Assembly (NCBI GenBank): GCA_964570965.1
Contig: CAZNAX010000001.1
Location: 41,469 to 105,468 of the forward strand
Reading direction: 5' to 3'
Length of the DNA stretch: 64,000 nt
Origin: an uncultured Desulfatibacillum sp.
Lineage (GTDB): Bacteria > Desulfobacterota > Desulfobacteria > Desulfobacterales > SpSt-501
This document shows positions 1-9,150 of the stretch, one piece after another. Numbering within the stretch: the stretch's first letter is position 1; each line of letters starts with the position of its first letter. The translations under genes and the position numbers were made by a program. Below the pieces are notes generated by a model that had not been told where the DNA came from, made no database searches, and worked only from the letters and a program-made list of their open reading frames with translations.

Positions 1-6
1 CCGGCC

Positions 7-981
7 ATGACCGTTCCTCTGGAAGTTGGAGCGTCGCCAAACGCAGCGGCGACTGCAATCCAGACCGACGCCAACAATCCTCCAGGTGGACCAGGTGAGC
101 AACCTCAGATGATCCAAACTGGCGGTACTGGTGGCGACAAGCCGCAAGCCAAGACTGCCAGCGTGAACCGAATCATGAATGCCATGATGAAGTCAGCGGC
201 TACTGACGAAGAGATCGCAGCCATCCGCAGAGAAAGAAAGTCAGGAGCTTTGCTAGGTGGTGCCCTCGGTGGTGCTGCCCATGGGGCAGTAGCTGGGGGT
301 GCTTATGGTGGTGGTCTACCTGGGGTACTTCTAGGGGGCGTTGGTGGTGCCGCCGGCGGCGCCCTTGGTGGTGCTGCCTACGAATCCGATTGGGGTAGGC
401 GCCATCCGATTGCCAGGCATGCGGTGCCCATCATGCTTCTGGGTGGCCCAGTGGGCCACGCTGGCGCTCTAATCGGTGCCCATATGGCAGGCGATGAGCC
501 AGAAAAAACAGCGGCAGATGATCAGGGCGAAGATCACAAGACGCTCGCCCCAAGAACGATGGATGCCACCACACCGGAAGACAAGCCCTCTGGTGTGGAA
601 CGCCCAGCAGAGGTCACCTCCCAAGAGAAGCATATCTCTTCGTCAGAAGCAGCGATCAATATGACGAAGCGAGAAGGCAAGGAGGTTCCGAAGAAGCGAA
701 TGGGCGATATCCTGAGTGAGCCGATGCTTGCAGCATCGACCGACTCAACGCTTGGAAAAGCATTGGGACCTCAGGTAGTCAATCAGGCTGGTGCCAAGAT
801 CGCTGCGGCACAAGCCCGAGTCCTTTTGCAGAAAGTCGCATCGCAGAAATGCACCTGCAATAATGCAGGCTCATGCGGATTCTGCAAGATCGCTTCAAAG
901 ATGGACCAGAAGCACACGAAGCAGGCTGGAGCTTTGTGGGAAGCTGGTCGCAACCCGAGCACCCGCGCTCGGTCGGTGTAG
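7..981 (+). CDS. Glycine-zipper virion-module protein (true start may lie upstream of window)
   Basis: 324-aa ORF from ATG 7 with no in-frame stop before it in the window. Long Gly/Ala segment GALLGGALGGAAHGAVAGGAYGGGLPGVLLGGVGGAAGGALGGAAY. C-terminal cysteine cluster CTCNNAGSCGFC. Confidence 0.55.
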   Translation: MTVPLEVGASPNAAATAIQTDANNPPGGPGEQPQMIQTGGTGGDKPQAKTASVNRIMNAMMKSAATDEEIAAIRRERKSGALLGGALGGAAHGAVAGGAYGGGLPGVLLGGVGGAAGGALGGAAYESDWGRRHPIARHAVPIMLLGGPVGHAGALIGAHMAGDEPEKTAADDQGEDHKTLAPRTMDATTPEDKPSGVERPAEVTSQEKHISSSEAAINMTKREGKEVPKKRMGDILSEPMLAASTDSTLGKALGPQVVNQAGAKIAAAQARVLLQKVASQKCTCNNAGSCGFCKIASKMDQKHTKQAGALWEAGRNPSTRARSV

Positions 982-989
982 GAGGCGCC

Positions 990-1367
990 ATGAAAAAGCT
1001 GAGTGCACAGAACGTGGTTGCCATCCTCTCCGAGGTACCCACTGCTCTTCGTAAGCTTGCATCAGAGCGAGACGGCTGGAAGGCCCGAGCAGCAAAGGCT
1101 GAGAGCCGGATTGCCGAGTACGAGCGAAGAGAGCAGGTCGAGAAGGTTGCAGCAATGATCATGGAGAAGAACCTGAGCAAGGGTCAGACCATGGACGAGC
1201 TGCGAACTACTCTCATGCAGAAAGCTGCTGAGGGAAAGCTCGGAGTGGTGGCCGAGGCAGTCAACATGACCGCACGGTCCAATCCACTTGGGTATCTGGG
1301 CGAGGACCGAACGACCGGCGGCAGTGGCCATGCTGAGTCAGCGTTCGAGAACGCTATTCTTGGCTGA
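990..1367 (+). CDS. Scaffolding-like coiled-coil protein
   Basis: ATG 990 follows GGAGG (981-985). 125 aa, helical and charged (RKLASERDGWKARAAKAESRIAEYERREQVEKVAAMIMEK), lying just upstream of the capsid candidate. The longer ORF-track start at 873 overlaps the previous gene. Confidence 0.5.
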   Translation: MKKLSAQNVVAILSEVPTALRKLASERDGWKARAAKAESRIAEYERREQVEKVAAMIMEKNLSKGQTMDELRTTLMQKAAEGKLGVVAEAVNMTARSNPLGYLGEDRTTGGSGHAESAFENAILG

Positions 1368-1415
1368 AGCCTGGGTGAACGAACAAGGAACCTGAACCGA
1401 AAGGGAGAATGATCG

Positions 1416-1892
1416 ATGCCGTACGAGGCAACATTCCGTCTGCTCACTCCCGTGGCACTGGTGGAGAGGAAAGACTTCGTCATTTCCGATAGGAAGCTGC
1501 TCGAATTCGACAGCATCACTCCAGTTCCGTTGCTCATGGGTGAGTGGTGTACGCTCAATTCCGTCTACAAGCTCGACAGGGCAGCAAACCCTGGCGTGCC
1601 TCCTGGCCCATGGTGTCTCTTTGCGGAGCTCGGACGATCCGATACGCAAGGAATCGCCGAAGGCAAGGCTCCAGTGCTGTTCCACAACAGCTACTGGGCG
1701 GAAACCAAGATCTTCGCAGGGCACCCAGTGCTTGGTGCTGCTCTGGAAGTTGCGAACGTAACGTACCCGGCCGGCGTGACCCGGTCTGGTCTTCAAACCC
1801 ATGGTGTTGGTACCAACCCCATTATCGGTTACGTGACGAAGGTCGATACCGATAACGGTGGATGGCTCCAGTTCCAGCAGTGCATGTACTAG
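1416..1892 (+). CDS. Hypothetical head-module protein
   Basis: 158-aa ORF with RBS AAGGGAG upstream, between the scaffold-like and capsid candidates. No motif recognised. Confidence 0.65.
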   Translation: MPYEATFRLLTPVALVERKDFVISDRKLLEFDSITPVPLLMGEWCTLNSVYKLDRAANPGVPPGPWCLFAELGRSDTQGIAEGKAPVLFHNSYWAETKIFAGHPVLGAALEVANVTYPAGVTRSGLQTHGVGTNPIIGYVTKVDTDNGGWLQFQQCMY

Positions 1893-1913
1893 AGGGAAAG
1901 GAGGAACAGAACA

Positions 1914-3044
1914 ATGACAACGAGAGCTCAAGTCCTGAACGACCTGTTCGTCCAGAACCTCGATAGCTACGAAGGCAAGGAGAAGGTCGCACAAGCTGGT
2001 GGTACCTTCATCCGAGATCGTCTTCGTGAAGTCGCGTTCTCCAGGCAGGTCATCCCGCCCGAGAACGTCACCAAAGCCGACTGCCAGCGCAGCACGCGGC
2101 ACGACACCTTGGTCAAGATCATCGACGTGGAACCCCAGAGCAAAGCGATGGCGATCACATTCCGTGGTCAGCCAAATGCTCGCTTCGTTCGAGGTTCTCG
2201 TGCGGAGATCCCCTTCTTCACCATTTCGTCAGAGAAGTTCGAGAAGGTGGAGCAGGAGCTGCTTGCCTACGAGATGCCGATCACTCGCATCATCGAAGAC
2301 AACAGCGTGAAGGACATCCAAGAGATCGAAGACCGAGAGTTCTTGTTGCACATCGAAGCGGCTGTCCAGGCCATGCAGGCGGACGCAAACGGTGTTGCTG
2401 CTGCTCCGGCTCTCAACAACGCTGCCATCAATGGCGCCACTCCTCCGAAAGAGTTCTCAGTCCGCAAGGGCGAGCTCTGTCGGCAGGTTGGTGTGGCTGA
2501 CAACTCGTACATCTGGCCGCTTCAGAGACCTGACCTGGTCAATATGCACAAGCTGCTGGATGGGAACCGCTTGAGGGCTGAGAAGATCCTCATGACGGAA
2601 TACGACTTCGACGACCTCAACCAGTGGACCGTTGAGGACTTCGGCTCGAAGCTCGAAGGTGAGACGGCTGTAGACGGTTACAAGTACTCCACGCTGCTCG
2701 GTCGTGCGTTCGTCCGAACGATCAAAACCGACATTCTGCGTCCGGGGAACTTGTACGTCTTCACGTCTCCAGAGTTCTTGGGCAAGTTCTACGTCCTCAA
2801 CAACACGAAGTTCTACATCGACAAGATCGCGAATCTCATCACGTGGCAATCGTGGGAAGACATCGCAATGTCGATCGTGAACATTGCTTCGGTTCGCAAG
2901 ATGGAGCTCTACTCCGGTGATGCGACGGCGCACAATACGGATTCGATCCGTACTGACGTCACGCCGAAGGACGAGGCCGATCTCGGAGCCGTGAACAACC
3001 GAGTCGATGCCGGCTTGGTGTTCCCACAGGTGAAGGTCTACTAG
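1914..3044 (+). CDS. Major capsid protein candidate (HK97-fold class)
   Basis: 376 aa with strong RBS AAGGAGG. It sits after the scaffold-like gene and is followed immediately by a perfect 10-bp GC hairpin terminator, as expected for a highly expressed gene. Size and composition fit an MCP. No search was run. Confidence 0.55.
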   Translation: MTTRAQVLNDLFVQNLDSYEGKEKVAQAGGTFIRDRLREVAFSRQVIPPENVTKADCQRSTRHDTLVKIIDVEPQSKAMAITFRGQPNARFVRGSRAEIPFFTISSEKFEKVEQELLAYEMPITRIIEDNSVKDIQEIEDREFLLHIEAAVQAMQADANGVAAAPALNNAAINGATPPKEFSVRKGELCRQVGVADNSYIWPLQRPDLVNMHKLLDGNRLRAEKILMTEYDFDDLNQWTVEDFGSKLEGETAVDGYKYSTLLGRAFVRTIKTDILRPGNLYVFTSPEFLGKFYVLNNTKFYIDKIANLITWQSWEDIAMSIVNIASVRKMELYSGDATAHNTDSIRTDVTPKDEADLGAVNNRVDAGLVFPQVKVY

Positions 3045-3080
3045 ATCCGCGCCTGCGCTGATCTTCGCGCTACTATTGAA

Positions 3081-3120
3081 GGGCGCGGCGTCAATCACCG
3101 GCGCCGCGCCCTTTGCTTCT
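3081..3120 (+). terminator. Intrinsic terminator after capsid candidate
   Basis: GGGCGCGGCG (3081-3090) pairs perfectly with CGCCGCGCCC (3102-3111), followed by TTTGCTTCT. Confidence 0.8.
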
Positions 3121-3133
3121 CAGGAGGTTGATC

Positions 3134-3625
3134 GTGAGCGGAGTGTACATAGTAAAGAACATGTCGCGGGATATCCGAGCCAGGACCTCTCGAGTTCTTT
3201 CTCCTGGTCGTGGTGGGACGATCCAGCGTATCTGCGGTGGACGTATTCGGTTGGGTCGAGGTGACAGCGCAGTTCTGGGCGAAGATCAGCTCAAGGCCAA
3301 CTACGATGAGCTGGCACGGCTTCAGAATCGTGGAGTGATCGAAGTCAGATTCGGGAGCAGAAAAGGCCCCCTTGTATCTTTCAAAGACTACGATCACCAA
3401 CCGGAAGTTGAAGTTGCCAAAACAGAGTCGTCGACGCCCCCACCTACTTCAGAAGAGACAGTTGATGACAATGTGTTGATCGAGATCGAAGAGACTGAAC
3501 CAGAGAAGCCACTCGACAAGATGAACAAGCAGGAACTGATCCTCTACGCAGCAGAAGTGCTGGGGGAGAAGCCTGAAGAGTTGGAGCTGCTCACCAAGAA
3601 GCAGATTCTGGAGAAGCTTTCATGA
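3134..3625 (+). CDS. Hypothetical protein with C-terminal HeH/Rho-N-like helix-extension-helix motif
   Basis: GTG 3134 lies 6 nt after AGGAGG (3122-3127). C-terminus MNKQELILYAAEVLGEKPEELELLTKKQILEKLS resembles SAP/HeH/Rho N-terminal type motifs. The ORF-track TTG 3113 start sits inside the terminator tail. Confidence 0.55.
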   Translation: MSGVYIVKNMSRDIRARTSRVLSPGRGGTIQRICGGRIRLGRGDSAVLGEDQLKANYDELARLQNRGVIEVRFGSRKGPLVSFKDYDHQPEVEVAKTESSTPPPTSEETVDDNVLIEIEETEPEKPLDKMNKQELILYAAEVLGEKPEELELLTKKQILEKLS

Positions 3626-3915
3626 TCATATACAACCTCACGGATAGGACTCCCCCGTGGGAGAAAACACCAAGAACAGCGCAGTCGATGAAGCTATTTG
3701 GTAAGCTGATCCCGGCTGGCGAGTTCATGGAGTTTTCGAGTTTTCCCCTCCGTGCGGTGACTGGTCTCATCAGTTCCCATACGATCAGTGTGGACAATCT
3801 TCCTGAGTGGTATCAGAAGATCGGATCCGACAAGAGGATGATGGAATCTGAAACGCCAGTGGTAGTTGAAGAGAGTCCAAAGAAGCGTTCTCGTAGGATC
3901 AGGGACGATCGATGA
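3622..3915 (+). CDS. Hypothetical protein
   Basis: 97-aa ORF whose ATG overlaps the upstream stop (ATGA), in a co-directional packed block. Confidence 0.6.
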   Translation: MIIYNLTDRTPPWEKTPRTAQSMKLFGKLIPAGEFMEFSSFPLRAVTGLISSHTISVDNLPEWYQKIGSDKRMMESETPVVVEESPKKRSRRIRDDR

Positions 3916-4433
3916 CAACTCTTCAGGGCATGGATAACCCTCTGATACCGGGGGCTACACAAACGTTCAATGTCTTCGTATCGCAGACACGTTTGTTCAT
4001 GCGAGACTTTCCAGAACTGAATCGACTGGTAGCTGGCGAAGAGTCGAGCGATAGGATGATCGCGTTTGCGGCTACGGAGGCTATGAGCGACTTCAACTCA
4101 GAGCCTCCACATCTGGGTTTCTACACCTTCGACATGTTCGTGTCGAAAGGGTGGATACATCCTTTGCGGATTGGTACCATCAATGAACTTCTGCACATGG
4201 TTGGATTGCTTCAGACCAGGAACCATCTACCCTTTTCGGATGGCGGGCTCAACGTTGCTGTGAGCGACAAGACCCCTCTACTCCAGAGCTGGATCCAACT
4301 CTTCGGTGCGAAGTGGGAGAATTGGAAGCAGAAGACGAAGGTCGCGCAGAACATCTCCGGCATTCTCACTGGAGCAGGTGGTGTGTCTAGCGAACTGTTC
4401 GCCGTAAATGGATATTTTGGGACATACTATTGA
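3912..4433 (+). CDS. Hypothetical virion-module protein
   Basis: 173-aa ORF with ATGA overlap to the upstream gene. Its position suggests a head completion or connector role, but no motif was recognised. Confidence 0.65.
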   Translation: MTTLQGMDNPLIPGATQTFNVFVSQTRLFMRDFPELNRLVAGEESSDRMIAFAATEAMSDFNSEPPHLGFYTFDMFVSKGWIHPLRIGTINELLHMVGLLQTRNHLPFSDGGLNVAVSDKTPLLQSWIQLFGAKWENWKQKTKVAQNISGILTGAGGVSSELFAVNGYFGTYY

Positions 4434-4460
4434 GTGATTTCAATAGGTTAGAGGTAGATC

Positions 4461-4931
4461 ATGGCAACTTGGAGAATCTGGAGATTCCGTACAGATCAGG
4501 ACTTGTACGATACGCTGAACGGTGCGGTCGGCAGCGAAGTTGATGCCGAGAAGGGTCTTGATCTAGATGGCAAAACGCTCATCATCAATGTCGGTGGCGC
4601 CGGTGACAGAACTGTCAATTTCGCTCCGGCGTTGTCCAGGAAATGGACCCCAGAGGAAGTAGTTGCCAAGATCAGTGCAGCACATGCCGACTTGACTGGC
4701 ATTCCGAAATTGGTGCGAGAACCGGGAACAAGAGCTGGAATGAACCCCACGTACCTTCGTCTCGTGAAGGATACTGGAGCCGTCATTACAGTTAGATCGA
4801 CTGGAACTGCCAATGCTCTATTCGGTTATTCTATTACAGCTGACACGGTTGGGGTGCCCTATACCTTCAACGACGTGAAGTCTGTCTATATGAACGATAA
4901 CAAGACCTGGTACGCAGTGACGTACAAGTAG
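4461..4931 (+). CDS. Hypothetical virion-module protein
   Basis: 156-aa ORF with RBS AGAGGTAG upstream. Confidence 0.65.
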   Translation: MATWRIWRFRTDQDLYDTLNGAVGSEVDAEKGLDLDGKTLIINVGGAGDRTVNFAPALSRKWTPEEVVAKISAAHADLTGIPKLVREPGTRAGMNPTYLRLVKDTGAVITVRSTGTANALFGYSITADTVGVPYTFNDVKSVYMNDNKTWYAVTYK

Positions 4932-4941
4932 GAGCAAGATC

Positions 4942-6798
4942 ATGTCTCACACATTTGACAGTATGCTCAAAGAAGCTACCGCGCTGCCGTGGGCAATGGG
5001 CGCACGTCTCATGGTCGAGCTCCGCAGCACGGTCAGAATTCCTGAAGAGCCGAGGATGACCAAGTCTGCAGCTGCTGGTCTTGTGAAGATAGCACGCATT
5101 TGCAAGATGGCTCAGACTCCTGAAGAGGCGCAGCAAACCGTTCAGCAACAAGCCATGGTCGATCCAAATGTCGTACAGGCTTTGGACTACCAGCAGGCGG
5201 AGAGTGAACGGCAGGCTATGATGGCCAAGATCCAAGAGCTGCAGATGGCTACTGAGGCCGCGCAGGCTCAGGCTCAGATGGCCGATCAGCAAGCTCAGGC
5301 TGCTACGCAACAGCAGGAGCAGTTGATGATGCAGGCACAGCAGGCCAAGCAAGAGCAGGTCAATGCTGTGATGGAGTCGATGCAGGCCAAGGATCAGACT
5401 CTCCAGGTCCAGGTATCTTCTCAGCAGCATCGTCAACAAGTTGCTCAGTTTGCCCAGCAGATGGCTGATCAACTCAAGCAACTAGCTACTACGAGTCCTG
5501 AAGAGCAACAGATGCAGGAGCAGGCCGCTGCTGAACAAGAACAGCAACAGCAGGCGGCGATGCAGCAACAGCAGCAGGGACAAGAGCAGCCAGTAAAGAA
5601 GAAGACGAAGCAACAGCAGCAAGAAGCCCAGAACTCCCAGGAGAACGCACAGAAGCAAACAGCACAAGCTGAGCAGGCAACTGCACAAGATCAGCAAGAG
5701 ATGCAGGGAATGCAGGCTCAAGCCCAGCAACCACAACAGCCCCAAGTACCTCCAATGGGAGGTCAACCGAAGATGGGATCAGCGAAGCTGCAGAAGATCG
5801 CTGCTAGGTTCAAGTTCGCTCGTATTCGGAAACAGGCTCAGTTCTCTGGCACCAATGAGGGGTACGGAGAGAGCCAAGGAGGATCGGGACAGCAGGGGAT
5901 GTTCTCCTACTCCTCGATGGGGAAGAGAGAATCTCTTCCAGCAAAGCAGTTTGCGGCTTTGAGATCAAAGGTGAAGAAGCGAGAAGGTACAGGAAAGAGT
6001 AAGACTGGATCAGCAGAAGCTCAGGTTATTGGTATCGAGCTTGGCGTAGATTGGTCCAGGGCAAACTTCACACCCGCTGATCTCGCTAAAGGTATGAAGA
6101 TCGAAGAGGAGCACGGATCGAAAGACTCTCGTGAGACTGCCAAAGTCGCTATCGATCACCTTCGAGAACGTGGAGACTACTACGATCTTCTAGCGAAGAA
6201 GGTTGAAGAAGCTCCCAAGACGGATGGCGGGGAATCAGCAGCCAAGGAGAAGCAAGAGCAACAGCAGGAAAAGCAAGGATCATTTGATCATAGAAGAGCC
6301 ATGATGATCGCTCAACGAGTCAGGTTGATCAAAGAAGGTCAGCTAAAAAAAGTGTGTAGGGACTCTGCTGATATTGCGGAGTCCCACCAACTTCAACTCG
6401 TGAAGAGTGCTGCGAAGATGAAACTTCCAGTAGTAGAGAGTGGTGCGCACAGACTCGGTAGGGCTGGTGCCTACGCAGCTCTTGGAGCAGCTCTTGGAGC
6501 TGCCTACGAGAAGTCGCGGCTACGGGCTCATGAGAAGAAGGTTGGACTTGACAAACCAACTCAAAAAGAGATTGATCTTGCTGGCAAGCTAGTGGGTGCC
6601 AAGGAGTTGGCCAAGAGGGAGCCAACTTACGCAAACAAGCTCCGTATTCATAACATCAAGTATAAGATCGACATGGAGAGGTTGGGGCGGGAACATCCGA
6701 ATAGAGCAGCTTTGAGAGGAGCTGGTTTGGGTGCGCTTGGTGGTTTCGCGCTAGGGCCATTCGTTCACAGAGTAGCTGGAAAGATCATCAAGAGATAG
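4942..6798 (+). CDS. Gln/Ala/Glu-rich coiled-coil protein with C-terminal glycine-zipper segments
   Basis: 618 aa with RBS TAGGAG. About 200 aa of Q/A/E low complexity (QAQAQMADQQAQAATQQQEQLMMQAQQAKQEQ...). Conserved-looking block GMKIEEEHGSKDSRETAKVAIDHLRERGDYYDLL. C-terminal GRAGAYAALGAALGAAY and GAGLGALGGFALGP. Confidence 0.7.
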   Translation: MSHTFDSMLKEATALPWAMGARLMVELRSTVRIPEEPRMTKSAAAGLVKIARICKMAQTPEEAQQTVQQQAMVDPNVVQALDYQQAESERQAMMAKIQELQMATEAAQAQAQMADQQAQAATQQQEQLMMQAQQAKQEQVNAVMESMQAKDQTLQVQVSSQQHRQQVAQFAQQMADQLKQLATTSPEEQQMQEQAAAEQEQQQQAAMQQQQQGQEQPVKKKTKQQQQEAQNSQENAQKQTAQAEQATAQDQQEMQGMQAQAQQPQQPQVPPMGGQPKMGSAKLQKIAARFKFARIRKQAQFSGTNEGYGESQGGSGQQGMFSYSSMGKRESLPAKQFAALRSKVKKREGTGKSKTGSAEAQVIGIELGVDWSRANFTPADLAKGMKIEEEHGSKDSRETAKVAIDHLRERGDYYDLLAKKVEEAPKTDGGESAAKEKQEQQQEKQGSFDHRRAMMIAQRVRLIKEGQLKKVCRDSADIAESHQLQLVKSAAKMKLPVVESGAHRLGRAGAYAALGAALGAAYEKSRLRAHEKKVGLDKPTQKEIDLAGKLVGAKELAKREPTYANKLRIHNIKYKIDMERLGREHPNRAALRGAGLGALGGFALGPFVHRVAGKIIKR

Positions 6799-6808
6799 GG
6801 GATTGAAC

Positions 6809-8266
6809 ATGCTAGATATGTTGCAGAAGCAGGCATCACAGGTCAAAACAGCAGCAGACCAATTCAGAGATCTGATGCACAATCTAGACAAGCTAGCATT
6901 CAAACCTGATCCATTCCGTAGGATGGAAGGTATGGATCCCCTGCTAGCTGTCCGTGAGTACGATTCTCCGGTATACGTGCGGCATAGGACAACTCCAGGT
7001 GGAGTTGACGAGCTGCTCTCCGAACCACCGAAGAAGACAGTAGCCGAGACCAATCGTCTCACGAGTGAAGCACAGGAACCTCCTCAACCGTCAGAGGATG
7101 GAAACGACAGTAGATCGGTTGCGAAAGACAACAAGTCGCTTGGAACGGTTGGCTATACTTGGGAGCAGAACAAGAAACCGGAGACCGTTCCAGATCTTGC
7201 TTCCATGAAAGTTCCAGGAACTGGTGGGACTGCTGCGCCCCAACCCAGTATACCGAAATCAGCAAGTAGATCTCGTATACAGAATGTGTTTGATCAAGAT
7301 CTGATGGATCTAGTAAAGATGGGACTTGCTGGTCCAGCTCCTGTGATGGCCGGAAGTCCGACAATGTCACCAGCTATGAAAAATAAGCCGGTGATCGCAA
7401 CTACTCCTACTCCTGACAAAGGCGCTCAAGCACCAGCAAAGAAGAAACTACCAGGTTGGGTACTTCCAGCTGGAATAGCTGCTGGTGCCTTGGGGGTAGT
7501 AGGTCTTGGCGCCCTTGCTGGTAGATCAGCTAGAAAGTCCTTTGCTAGAGAGTTCGGTGGAGGCGGTGGAGGTCGTGCAGCTGCTGAGCACTATACATGG
7601 AACATTGGCGGTAAGGCTGGCAAGGGATCATGGGAGGACTACACCAAAGCCCGTCAGGCTCATCAGGCTGAGCGAGATACCTACTGGGCTGGGCAAAAGG
7701 CGAAAGCCGATGCCGATTTTGCTGCGTCAAGAGAGGCTCATAGAAAAGCCTATGAGGAAGGACGAGCTGCGCACCAGGCGAAAGAAAAAGCTAGGAGTGA
7801 ACAGAAAACCAGTTGGGAAGACAAATGGGAGGATTTCAATAAGAGGTGGGGAAGAGGCGGATCAGAGTGGGGAGAAAGGACTCACTCCGGAAGAGCTGGA
7901 GGAGGTCAAGCTGGGTGGGGAAGTGGGGGAGCAGCTGTACCACACGAGGCGGATAGAGTCTGGGAAGAGACTAGAAAAGCTACGCAAGAAGCTGCAAACG
8001 AAGCCGCGAAAAGAGGTGAAGCCGCCAATCGTGACATGCCAACTAGAGAAGAAATGGCTGAAGCATTTCGTTTTTATGGACTTGATCTGAAAACCCATAA
8101 GAGAGCAGATGTCATCAAGAAGCACAAAGAGATCGTAAAAAAGTATCACACAGACAAAGCCGGCGGAGGAAGCAGAGAAGAAGTGGCTAAGGCTAATACC
8201 ATGTTTGAGAGACTGAAGAAGATCAGTTCTCTCAAACTTGTATACGATCTGGGAATGGTTCGCTAG
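6809..8266 (+). CDS. Membrane-anchored protein with C-terminal J-domain-like module (HTD instead of HPD)
   Basis: ATG 6809 lies 8 nt after AGGGG (the track's TTG 6803 is also possible). TM-like LPAGIAAGALGVVGLGALAG. The last 75 aa, AFRFYGLDLKTHKRADVIKKHKEIVKKYHTDKAGGGSREEVAKANTMFERLKKI, follow the DnaJ J-domain helix II / HPD loop / helix III pattern. Confidence 0.55.
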   Translation: MLDMLQKQASQVKTAADQFRDLMHNLDKLAFKPDPFRRMEGMDPLLAVREYDSPVYVRHRTTPGGVDELLSEPPKKTVAETNRLTSEAQEPPQPSEDGNDSRSVAKDNKSLGTVGYTWEQNKKPETVPDLASMKVPGTGGTAAPQPSIPKSASRSRIQNVFDQDLMDLVKMGLAGPAPVMAGSPTMSPAMKNKPVIATTPTPDKGAQAPAKKKLPGWVLPAGIAAGALGVVGLGALAGRSARKSFAREFGGGGGGRAAAEHYTWNIGGKAGKGSWEDYTKARQAHQAERDTYWAGQKAKADADFAASREAHRKAYEEGRAAHQAKEKARSEQKTSWEDKWEDFNKRWGRGGSEWGERTHSGRAGGGQAGWGSGGAAVPHEADRVWEETRKATQEAANEAAKRGEAANRDMPTREEMAEAFRFYGLDLKTHKRADVIKKHKEIVKKYHTDKAGGGSREEVAKANTMFERLKKISSLKLVYDLGMVR

Positions 8267-9150
8267 TGCTCAACGTTGTCAACGTTCAGGTAAAGTCACT
8301 CGAACTGGATCACCTCGATGTGTACTGGGAGATCTCAGACTCATCGGAGGATGCTTGGGACTACACCTTCACCGTTGAGCGCAGTGAGTCTGCTATGGGT
8401 CCGTTTGATCAGGCAAGCGAGCCATTCTCCGACAAGTACTACTTCCGAGATTCCATCGTGAACCTCTACAGCAGGTGGAGGCAGCTCTGGTACAGGATCA
8501 AGGTCACCAGTAAGCTAACCAGTGAGTTCGTCTATAGTGCGTCAGCTACTCAAGAACCAAGACCGTCTCTTGATGCCATTGAAGTACGTAGGCTCGAGCT
8601 CATTGCGTTTAGAGAGCACATCGGACGGCTAGTGTGGATCTTTCCAGTACGTACCTTTGGGCAGCGATGCCCAGACTGCTACGACAAGAGAACTGGCAAT
8701 CGTCGTAGATCACAGTGTCCAACCTGTTTCAGTACTACATACGTTCGTGGGTATCTGGATCCTATCGCGACGTATCTGCAAATCGATCCAAGTCCTAAGC
8801 ATGTTGAGATGCTGCAGGTGGCTAAGACTGAGCAGTCGAACACTACGGGAAGGACACCCTACTTCCCGCCACTGAAGCCGAAAGATATAATCGTAGAAGC
8901 TGAGAATAGAAGGTGGAGGATTGAGAGGGTAAGTACTACGCAGCGTTTGAGGGCGGTCCTGCACCATGAGGTGGTGCTGCATGAGATCCCAAGAGCGGAC
9001 ATCGAATATTCGATTCCGATCAACATAGATGATCTCAGAAGATTGGAGCCCAGTCCGCAGCGTGAGTTCACGAACCCTCACAACCTTGAGAGCTTGGATG
9101 GAGCCGAGTTCATCAACAACCTTCTAACAGGACACGGTTTTGGAACATGA
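8266..9150 (+). CDS. Hypothetical virion-module protein with CxxC...CxxC zinc-ribbon
   Basis: 294 aa with a GTG start overlapping the upstream TAG. Zinc-ribbon motif is QRCPDCYDKRTGNRRRSQCPTCF. Confidence 0.65.
   Translation: MLNVVNVQVKSLELDHLDVYWEISDSSEDAWDYTFTVERSESAMGPFDQASEPFSDKYYFRDSIVNLYSRWRQLWYRIKVTSKLTSEFVYSASATQEPRPSLDAIEVRRLELIAFREHIGRLVWIFPVRTFGQRCPDCYDKRTGNRRRSQCPTCFSTTYVRGYLDPIATYLQIDPSPKHVEMLQVAKTEQSNTTGRTPYFPPLKPKDIIVEAENRRWRIERVSTTQRLRAVLHHEVVLHEIPRADIEYSIPINIDDLRRLEPSPQREFTNPHNLESLDGAEFINNLLTGHGFGT

Noticed and set aside
1338-2102. 254-aa minus-strand ORF overlapping the head genes
   Set aside because: It is antisense to two RBS-supported plus-strand genes and crosses their intergenic region. 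There is no RBS, and the composition is typical of antisense frames.
4867-5766. Leu-rich minus-strand ORFs (204, 94 and 88 aa) antisense to the Q-rich gene
   Set aside because: CAG/CAA/GCT repeats read as CTG/TTG/AGC on the other strand. The products are pure Leu/Ser low complexity with no start context. This is a mirror artefact of the Gln/Ala tract.
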